Assembly (NCBI GenBank): GCA_043228905.1 | Contig: JBHGNT010001425.1 | Coordinates: 1-8,631 of the forward strand | Source of the DNA: Azolla caroliniana | Taxonomy: Eukaryota; Plantae; Polypodiophyta | DNA: 8,631 nt | Direction: 5' to 3' | In this document: piece by piece, positions 1 to 8,090 of the stretch | How positions within the stretch are numbered: the stretch's first letter is position 1 | Layout: every line of letters begins with the position of its first letter | Program-made: the position numbers and the translations under genes | Notes under the pieces: generated by a model | Seen by the model: the letters and a program-made list of their open reading frames with translations, nothing else | Databases searched by the model: none | Told to the model about the DNA's origin: nothing

Positions 1-2
1 AG

Positions 3-1262
3 TGCCCACCCTCCTGATGAGAATCCAGCACGGATGCCGGCTTCGTCAAGATGTTCGACTGAGATCAAGGGTCTTGAGAGCTCAGGAACGTGTCGGACGT
101 TGTGTAGTACGAGTGTAGAGCCACTCGGAAGGTTGAGCTCTACGGTGCCGATTCCGATTATAGCACAGTGATGCGAGTTTCCGACTTGAACTGAGTCAGA
201 GTGCGGGTCCGAGTATTGCCGAAACTGAGATTGGTGAGGTGTCACATGATACGATGTGCCCAAGTCCAGGAGCCATGTGCTCGATTCCTCAGTCGTAAGC
301 AGAACTTCTAATTCGACTGGGTTCTCTATGGACAGTATGTTCGGGTCAGTCGTCAAAATTTCGGCTAAAGAGCCGATGTAGTTGACCTCCTCATGCCGGC
401 TACTCTTCTGATCCACTCTCTGAGCTTTGTCGGTTTTTTCTTTGAGTGCCCAGTAGTCGTCTTTGATGTGTCTCGGTTTCTTGTAGTAGTTGTAGATTCG
501 GTTGTCCCAGGACTTGCTCCGGCTTCGCTGATTGTTCGGCGGTCAAGAAGAACTTCTTCCCCGGTTGTTCGATTGGTCAGTCAAACCTTGTACTACGTAA
601 GCTTCATCTGCCGAGTCTTTGGCGAAAAACTTTCTCCAAGCTACTTCAGTTAGGATTGCGCTCGTGACTTCGGAGTGCTTAATGGAAGTTGTTGAAGCAT
701 TGCACACGATTGTAACAAAAGTTTCCCATGAAGAGGGGAGACTACTCATGAGTATCATTGCTCTGACTTCATCCTCGATTGCCGTCCCCTGAGACGAGAT
801 TTGGGAGCTTATGCTTTCGTACTCGTTGAGGTGTGCCTGAACCAAATTTGATTCTTTCATCCGCAAGTTATAGAGGCGCCGGATCAGATACATCTTTGTT
901 GCCGCAACCTTCTTTTCATAAGTTTCCGACAATGTTTTCCAAAGTTCAAAAGTTGTCGTGCATGATTGCACTGTGAAGTACACTAACTCCGACAAGTGCA
1001 TCCGAATCGTGGCGTGGACAATTCTATCCAGCTTTAGCCACTCGTTTGCCTTGTATGATTCTGGAGGATTTTCATTCTCAATCGGGTCTATCTGACCCTT
1101 GACTATGAGATAGTCCTGCATTTGTTCCTTCCAGAAGTTGAAGTTCGAACCGTCGAACCGTTGAAGTTGATATTGATGCCATCTGATTCGGTTTCGGTTG
1201 GTAAGACTTGGTTTGGAGTTGACTACGAACCTTAGTGGGGTGTAGCTGGTCGGCTCACTCAA
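3..1262 (-). pseudogene. gag-pol: Copia gag-pol polyprotein, N-terminal part (gag, degenerate zinc knuckle, aspartic protease); Tnt1-like gag
   Basis: Gag motifs RFDGSNFNFWKEQMQDYL, LIRRLYNLRMKE, HLNEY and LMSSLPSSWETFV. After a single TGA (543-545) the same frame stays open to the edge: RSRSKS, YNYYKKPRHIKDDY (453-494), WLLDLGTSYHVTP (WLLDLGTSYH at 246-275), VQVGN, GIGTVEL, LHNVRHVPELSRPLISV. I see no in-frame ATG, so the start is uncertain. Confidence 0.93.
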
Positions 1263-1507
1263 TATCGTTCTAGTCGGTTTTGAACCCGAGTCAGTTTGGT
1301 TTCGGATACTTGTTGTTGAACTTGCTCGGAGTGACTACGGTAACTTGAGGGACAGAACCGGCTGGTCTTCCCGAATGTTTTCAAGTCGGAGTGAGCTGAC
1401 TTAGCTTCCGATTGTATGTCGAATACCGATTACGAGAAACCGATTGTTTGGGCCGATTCTGCTTCGGATGATTGTAGCAATGAGAGGGACGGATCCTACT
1501 TATCCTC

Positions 1508-1699
1508 CCGAATGTCAATCAGCCGAATGAAGCACGAATTTGGTTGTTGCCAGGAGACCAATCTGCAGCGGGTGGTTACAACAAGCGAGTGAATAGCGTC
1601 CGTGACCTATTCGGATGTCGTTTAACCGAACGAAGCACGATTGGGTCGGTTGTTGCACAAGGAGCTCCCCTCAAGCGGTTACAATCACAGGAATAGAGT
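1508..1699. repeat. Diverged ~90-bp direct duplication in the Copia 5' leader
   Basis: 1508-1599 and 1611-1699 share CCGAA(T/C)GAAGCACGA, GGTTGTTGC, AGGAG, GGTTACAA and GAATAG in the same order. 1347-1378 (GAGGGAC...TCCCGAATGT) resembles 1484-1515. Confidence 0.8.
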
Positions 1700-1852
1700 A
1701 GAGCCGGCTGGCTTACTCCAATTTGTGATTTAACACAATGAGATGCGAGCTTTTTGTTTTTCTTATCCCTTCTCTGTTCTTCAAAGAAAATGTAAACAGA
1801 ATGTTGTGTGGTGTACTATGACGGCCGACAGCGGGTTGAAGAACCTCCAACA

Positions 1853-1863
1853 CTCTGATACCA
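1853..1863 (-). promoter_or_regulatory. Primer binding site for initiator tRNA-Met
   Basis: Minus strand reads ...CAACA-TT-TGGTATCAGAG, the canonical plant iMet PBS 2 nt after the LTR end. Confidence 0.95.
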
Positions 1864-1865
1864 AA

Positions 1866-2161
1866 TGTTGGGGACAAGGTCGTCAATGCGGAAGAACAAA
1901 CCACATCTGTGATGTTGAAGGACCTGTGTATGAGAATGAAACAAGATACACACACAGAGAGATAGGCACAAAAGAAACGTTATATTTCTCAATAGCAACA
2001 GTTACAAAATAATAACACACCTTTAACTAAAGGTTACAAAGTCACTTTATATAGTGACTATCTTAGGGCAACTGCCCTTTATGCTATTTACAGAAATAAC
2101 CCAAACTTTGGTTGTCCAAAAGGACAGTGTGAATACGGCCATTATACACTCGTATTTGACA
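1866..2161 (-). repeat. 5' LTR of the left Copia element (~296 bp)
   Basis: The minus strand begins TGTCAAATAC (2161) and ends CCCAACA (1866), next to the PBS. It is AT-rich with a TATA box, and composition switches sharply to GC-rich at 2162. The outer boundary is inferred because the partner LTR is outside the window. Confidence 0.8.
2046..2054 (-). promoter_or_regulatory. TATA box in the Copia LTR
   Basis: Minus-strand CTATATAAA about 110 nt from the LTR start. Confidence 0.7.
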
Positions 2162-2377
2162 CCCGAACCATCGGCTCCATCCGATCTACCATATACGATG
2201 GTCACACCTTCCTCCCCAGCTGGTCATAGTAGACCTCCTGAACGATGTCGTCGATCCGATCGCTCTTCCTTTGTCCGCCGCGTGTGTCCTCCGATTGGAT
2301 TCCCGACCACTCCAACCGCACGTTGGATACCATCCTTCACGCACCTCGTATGTTCCTCCTTCGGCCCGATCGTCTCC

Positions 2378-4039
2378 TCATCCCAAGCACCTAGGCGTGC
2401 CGTCTCCCTCCGTTCCGTGCTTGCCTTCCTTAGGCTCTACCCACACATCGATGTTGACCTCCGAATACACACTCCTTCTTAGGTCATTATGTGACCACAT
2501 TACACGTTCCCCATTTCTCCCTTGCCCGTTGTGCTCTCTCACGGTAGGGTGTACCTCCATCCCGAACTCTGCGTCGGGGATCCCCGCTTCGGTGTCCTTC
2601 ATGGCTCTCGTTACTGCTTCGTCTTGATGCACACCCTCTCGGCCCACTCGGCCCCATCCATCCTTTGGGATGCCATGTTTGCTCTTCCCAGTGCGTAACC
2701 CTTCGTTCTCCACGCACCTCCTCCATTTCCCTAGACACGACCCTCTGCTCATGCCGATCTTGCTCGGTTCTTTCCGTCGATCTCGCCACCTGGTGGCGCC
2801 GTCTTTCTTCTCGTACTTGCCTCTCAAAGGCTCGACCCGACCGCTATCGTCGGTCACTCGTTGCGGCTCCTCCGGGTGCATGCTTGTTTCTTGGACCTTG
2901 AGCGGCCGTAGTGCATGCTTCACTTTTTGCCCTTCATTCGTCGTAGTCCCAACCTCCGCGTCGAACTCTCCCCCCTTCATGGTTGTCATTCCGCACCGGA
3001 TACATGCTTCGGCATCGTCATCCGCTTCGATCTCCAACTCCTCGCCGCCACCCACCATCTCTTCGGTCTTATATTGGCACTCGAGCGCAACCGTCCTAGC
3101 CTCCGGCACTGGTGTCAAGGGGTCTCGCCTCCATCCGGTCCAATCTTCCTCCTTCGCCTTGTCGTCGTCTTGGTCGCCTGCCTTGGCGCAGCCACCGTCC
3201 CTCTCTCCGGTCTCAGCTGGGCCCTCATGTCCGACTGCCAAAGTCTCAAGAACGGGTGTGAGCAAGGTCCCGGCACCACCACTCGTCATGTCCGTAGCCA
3301 CCTCCATCCGGACGTCGTTGTCTGTGGCTATCTCGTGCCCGATCGCGCAAGCCTCGATTACGCTTGCTTCCTCCCCGCTCAATGTTTCGGGCAACCGTGT
3401 CCCAAAACTTCCGCCCACTCTCGAAGTGGCGCTCCCTGCTCCGTAGTTTCAGGCCTTCTCCATGGTCGTCCCTTTTCCTCAAGACGAGAGAGTCGCTCGC
3501 TCTGCACCCTCTCCCATGTCGCCATCGTACGCTCTTTTGGCCTCCACATAGGCCCTGTCCTCCATGCGCAGGGAGGAGTACTCCTCCGCATCCTCCGATC
3601 CTCTCGGACCCGACTCCTTAATAAACCCCTCTTCGGCTTCGATCTTTGACTTCACGATCTCGTATGCCTCCCGTATCAATGCTGCTAGGTCGAACTCCTC
3701 TGAACCATTACGCGTTGAGCTCTCTTCCGGTGATAGTGCGTAGTCACTCAGCACCCTCTCTTCTCCGTCACTCGCGGGCCGTGTTGTGGCCGACCGCTTC
3801 TCATCGTGTTGCCGGCATACCCACTCCACTTCGGACCAATCATCGGTGAGGCCATGTGCTCCATGATCATCTTCGAGCTCGAATAAAATGTCCATCCTTT
3901 CCTCCCGATGGACCATCTTAAAAAATAGGAGGACTTTGCCTGCCCCCACCGATCTCTGACCCCGCTCCAAGAGTTGAGCAAAATGACGCTCGAACTCTTG
4001 GAATGCGTCCATCACACTGTCGTGAAGATTCCGGGCCAT
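2378..4039 (-). pseudogene. Long antisense ORF (~554 codons, two internal TGA stops): gag capsid-like N-terminal domain plus an acidic low-complexity tail
   Basis: Track ORFs 3479..4078 and 2378..3418 are in the same frame, separated only by TGA at 3479-3481 and 3449-3451. The first ATG is at 4039. The N-terminus QEFERHFAQL...KVL...GLTDDWSEVEWVC aligns with the plus-strand gag QEFESRFAQL...KVL...GLTIDWVTVKEVC. Confidence 0.75.
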
Positions 4040-4242
4040 AGGTAGAAACAAGGTGAAACCCGGTTTACGCAAGTGCACGCCTCAAGAGAATTAAATAGGG
4101 AAAGTACTAGGCATGAGTATACAGAGGGGCACTTGGTAGTTAGAGCATTAAAGAAGAAATAGAACATCGCATATGTAGGGAGAGTTACGAGGGGAGTGAA
4201 TCAAGGGAGAGAATCTTGGAAGGGAAAGCGACGGGTCATGAA

Positions 4243-4545
4243 TGTTTGTAACGGTCGCCCCTTTGTGCTATAAAGGGGACAACCTTCGACTATCTTGAGG
4301 ATGCCCTTTTTGAGAGGAGAGGATATACAGAGGGGAGAGTAAGCACAGATCTTCGGAAGGCGCTTCCCCTGCACGCGTCAGACGCCCGAGTGCTCCCGTC
4401 CAAGGGGTCGACCTTCCGCATGCCAACGTACCTTTGTGTTTGGCTATTGCCAAGCTCTGCGCTCCATCACCGGCTCTGATCCAGTTGTAATCATCCACAG
4501 CACCGTGCACCTATGTTGTTTAATAGAAACCTTCTCTACCTAACA
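4243..4545 (+). promoter_or_regulatory. Putative LTR or promoter segment of the Gypsy-like element (boundaries uncertain)
   Basis: Starts TGTT/TGTAACG (4243/4247), contains CTATAAAGGGG (4268-4278) and an AATAGAAA poly(A)-like signal near 4522, and ends CCTAACA (4545) before a pyrimidine-rich leader to gag. There is no second copy in the window and no clear PBS. Confidence 0.4.
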
Positions 4546-4741
4546 GACGTTGTTCTCAGTGTCTTGCCCGTGTCTGTGTCTACGCACAATTCTCTTACCC
4601 TCTCTTGTTCGCTAGCCTTACCTGTTTTCCCGTGGTCTCGAGACCTACGCGATCCTCAAACTCCTCCCTCCTCGTTTTCTTGATTCCTTGGTTCAAGACC
4701 CCCGTGGTCCTGCCCGACCGTCTGGTTAGTGCTCGCGAGGG

Positions 4742-6687
4742 CGCAGTGCCCTCGACCGGGCCATAGAAGCAACGGTCGGCAAGATAGGCCGATTCGGCGG
4801 AAAGGACGCCACGAGTTACTTAGAGGCCTACAAATCTGAAATGGAGATGAGGAACATATCCGAAGATAGACGGCTAGCGGGGTTTCCCCGGGTCGTAACA
4901 CCATACATCCATATACAAAGATGGTCGAGATACAAGCAGGCTGTCGCGATTGGATGGAATTCGCAAAGGAAGTTCTCGAGAGGTACAGCTATGATGACTC
5001 ACTCCGGCTATCAAGAAAGGATTTTATGGACTAGGTCAACAGCCCCGACAAGGGTCAGAATGCTTCGGCGCTCCTCCAGGAGTTCGAGTCACGGTTCGCG
5101 CAACTCTCTAGATTGGACCAAACTGTGCTCGAAACAAGCAAAGTCCTTTCGACTCGCGCGTCTGGGAAAGCGTGGGTCTTCTTCTAGAAACCAACCGAGG
5201 TCTCACGATTGACTGGGTGACCGTCAAAGAAGTATGCAGCAGGATTGACAAACACCGAGACAGGAAAGAAAAGGGATCCTCGTCAATCGGATCAACTGTC
5301 GAAATCAGGGTCGAACCGATGCCGACCCAAATGGAAGAAATGAGGAGGCGGCTCGAGCTAGGTCCAACCCCGACGAACATAATCGCGGGACCTGCAGGCG
5401 GCACAGGGCTAGAAGAACTAACAAAGATGGTACGCGACCTCCAGATCGCCCAAGCCTGCCGAAGCGACGAGGGTCAGCCGTACTACCGCGACCATCGGCC
5501 AATCAGAGGTGCATATGTTGCGATGCCACCGGGCATGCCTGGAGAGAATGCGCAGACTTCAGAGAAGCGCTCAGGAGTAATGTAGTCTACCTTTCGAATG
5601 GGCGGGTACATGCAAGAGACACACGAAGATTGCTCGACACTAATTTCGGACGAGGTGGCATGAAGAGGTTGCAGCCCGGCACGTTGAAGCCATCCACTAT
5701 TCGGCTTCGGCCGGCATCCGAGTAGGGGAAAAGGGTGCCAAACCCAATTCAAACCCTGGGTTTTGGCCGGTTATTCTCGAGACCTTGACCGGAGGAAGGT
5801 TGCAAAAGGGGGACGCGGAGCGCGCAGAAGAACGTGTGCACGAAGTTACCAGGTGGAGCGACCCCGTTGAAGCAAGCACTGGCTTTGTGGAAGCCGCGTG
5901 CAGGAACTACAAGGCCCTGATCGACGAAAGACGAGCAGGGAAAACTAGGGGAGTGGGCCCTTTGGGGATGTATGACACCCGAAGCACGCCCAAAAAGAAC
6001 GATGCCGCTCCGACCGGGTCCCAAGAGAAGGAGAAGGGCAAGATTCCAAGCTTCCACGTAAGCTCGGAAATCGAGAAAACAACGAACCTATGAAAGGTTC
6101 TAGAGGAGCGAGTTCTCGACAGTCGCATAGAACTCACGCTTAGGGAAGTGCTCAGTATAGCAAGAAGGGAGTTCCACGACAGCATCGTGGACCTCGTGAA
6201 AAGAAAGTGTCTCGCGACGGAACCGGAGCCCGAGAAGTCGGTTGAGGTGAGGGTGGCACTCCTCGACAAGATTGCCATGGAAGACGAGCTCGCGGAGAGC
6301 CACTATGCCAAGCCGCACTGGGCAAGAGCTACAACAGAGACCCCGGTTCGAATCGGGAATGTCAAGGAACCAGTGGTGGCATTAATCGACCACGGGTCGG
6401 AAATTAACCTAATGTCCATGGACTTCTGCCCGAATGTCAAGGTGAGCGTCAGAGACGTCGACATAAACCAACACTTTTTTGTGCAAGAAACGTCCTCCCA
6501 CCCGGTCATCCTCAGGGAACCATACATCACGGCGGCTAGAATGGAGACGAAAGTGTTGGACAATGGTTCAGCCTATGCGAGGGTAAAAAGTCAAGACGGC
6601 CGTCACTCCGTCCAATTTTTTACCGTTCGAAAGAACCACGAACGAAACCGGGACACCCTTGGAAATGATGATAAGCCGGATTTTTAG
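4742..6687 (+). pseudogene. gag: gag plus aspartic protease ORF (frameshifted, with premature stops)
   Basis: Joined across frames it reads RFGGKDATSYLEAYKSEM / DWMEFAKEVLERY...DFMD*V...QEFESRFAQL / GLTIDWVTVKEVC...LEELTKMVRDLQI / CICCDATGHAWREC...NFGRGGMK / WSDPVE...L*KVLEERVLDSRIELTLREVL...ALIDHGSEINLMS...HPVILREPY. Stops at 5032 and 6091; frameshifts near 4915, 5148, 5505 and 5670. The start codon was not identified. Confidence 0.85.
5510..5551 (+). other. CCHC zinc knuckle (nucleocapsid) coding motif
   Basis: TGC ATA TGT TGC GAT GCC ACC GGG CAT GCC TGG AGA GAA TGC encodes C-x2-C-x4-H-x4-C. It lies in a frame not listed in the ORF track. Confidence 0.9.
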
Positions 6688-8090
6688 ATAGGGCTATCAA
6701 GGCGTGGGGCCACGATAGTCCGGACAACTGGGAAACTCCCTACACCTGTAAAATAGGTAGGAAAGTTTTGATCTCCAGCAACGGAGGGTGTACCATAGCC
6801 AGCATCAGCGGGAGAGAAAGGAAACGGGCCAAGATACGCTTGAAGGCGTGCGGAGCCTTTAGCCACGACGAAGGAATTGGGGAAGCCGTGCAGGTGATCT
6901 CGTTCAATGACACCTTGGGGGAAATTGGGAAGGTAGTTGAAGGAGGTCTAAGCGAAGACCGAGTCATACTGGTCAACTCGATTGACATGTATGAAGTCAT
7001 TGCGGACTTCGAAAGAGGAACCAGGGCGCATCGGATCGCCCGAGTAAACACAAAATACAAGACTGTGGACCGGAAGGTGAAGCCCGTCATGGCCCCCTTA
7101 CCAGAGGGCAGCTAGGGACGAATAAAGGGGGTCACTACCGACCCGAGCCTACGAAATCCGACTGGCATAGGACATCATTTCACCAACAAAACGCTATGAG
7201 AGCTGAAGATCAGTGGGGGTGGCTTCCTACTGCCGGCGGAAGAGGACCGGTTCAAAAGAATGCTCGAGAGGCACGGGAAGGCCTTCGCATTCTCACCAGG
7301 GGAGATCGGGTGTGTCGACCTGACCATGGTCGAGCCAATGATGATCTTTACAATACCACACATACCATGGAGTCTCAAGCCGATCCCAATACCGAAAGCT
7401 CACATGCTGATGCTGATGAAGCTTCTTAAGCAGAAAGTGGAGTTGGGCATCCTCAAACCGTTGAGTGCCCCCTACTCTAACCGGTGGTTTACGGTACCAA
7501 AGAAGAACGGCACGCTGCGGTTCATCCAGGACTTACAGTCGGTCAACAAAGTGACCATCCACAATACGGGGGTCGGGCCTTGATCGATGAGTTCGTTGAA
7601 GCCTTCGCCAGAAGGTCCATATACTCAGTCGGAGATCTTTACTCAGGGTACGACCAATTCCAGCTCGCCATGGAAAGTAGGGACATCACGACGATGCGGA
7701 CCCCTCTCGGCCTAGTTCGAATGTGTACCCTACCACAGGGCGGAACCAACTCAGTGGCACACATGATGAACATAATGAATAGAGTTCTGAGGGACTGCAT
7801 CCCAGACATCACCATGCCTTTCCTAGACGACATCCCTATAAAGGGGTGTCCAGAAGATGCTAAGGATGAGTCGATCAGCGCGGACGGGTGCCGAAGGTTT
7901 GTCGCGGACCACATCTCCGACTGCGAGAAGGTACTACAGAGGCTCCACGGCGCACGGCTTACCTTCTCGGGAGAAAAGCGGCTTTCAGACAACTGGAGAT
8001 ATTAGTGGTTGGCCACCTATGTGGGCCGTACGGTTGGAAGCCATCGCCGACCAAGATAGAGGCCATCTCGGCAATGGAGGAGTGTGGATC
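6675..8090 (+). pseudogene. pol: pol: reverse transcriptase (partial, disrupted)
   Basis: Motifs KYKTVDRKVKPV, PYSNRWFTVPKKNGTLRFIQDLQSVNKVT, DLYSGYDQ, LPQGGTNS, PFLDDIPIKG (FLDD at 7820-7831), LTFSGEK and VVGHLCG. Stops at 7113 and 7197; frameshifts near 7580 and 7977. It ends before RNase H. Confidence 0.95.
6678..6743 (+). promoter_or_regulatory. Candidate -1 programmed ribosomal frameshift signal
   Basis: G GAT TTT (6678-6684) lies directly before the gag-pro stop TAG. A 6-nt spacer is followed by an 8-bp stem, 6691-6698/6714-6721. Pol is in the -1 frame, open from 6675. Confidence 0.72.

Larger units (their letters stand above)
1..2161 (-). mobile_element. Ty1/Copia LTR retrotransposon, 5' portion (LTR-PBS-leader-gag-protease); continues beyond the left edge
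   Basis: On the minus strand, in order: TG...CA-bounded LTR, PBS TGGTATCAGAG, about 600 nt of leader, Copia gag motifs, zinc knuckle remnant and Copia protease motif. Confidence 0.95.
4243..8090 (+). mobile_element. Degenerate Ty3/Gypsy-like retroelement (gag-ZnK-PR / RT), interrupted at about 8090; may extend left to 2162 if the antisense ORF belongs to it
   Basis: Domain order is gag, CCHC, protease, RT, with no integrase between PR and RT (Gypsy order, not Copia). Multiple stops and frameshifts. Confidence 0.88.

Noticed and set aside
1713-2012. Short ORFs over the PBS/LTR, and likewise 8017..8348
   Set aside because: They lie in LTR or leader DNA, lack motifs and cross element boundaries.
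2054-3849. Long plus-strand ORFs (2054..2482, 2670..3446, 2915..3649 and others)
   Set aside because: Ser/Pro/Leu-rich shadows of the GC-rich minus-strand ORF with no recognisable motifs; one spans the LTR junction.
4275-4557. Tf1-like self-priming pairing between GGGGACAAC (4275-4283) and GTTGTTCTC (4549-4557)
   Set aside because: Only 9 bp with two G-U pairs, and the first arm directly follows the TATA-like box, so it is probably upstream of the transcription start.
4910-7980. Other frame changes (about 4915, 5148, 5505, 5670, 7580, 7977) as programmed recoding
   Set aside because: They fall within coding regions and show no slippery heptamer plus stem, so they are best explained as decay indels.
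5108-7992. Minus-strand ORFs opposite gag-pol
   Set aside because: Antisense shadows of the recognisable plus-strand coding sequence.
7484-8005. RT as a bacterial retron, DGR, group II intron or defence RT
   Set aside because: The upstream gag, CCHC knuckle and retropepsin, the plant iMet PBS nearby and the CHG decay pattern all point to a eukaryotic LTR retroelement.
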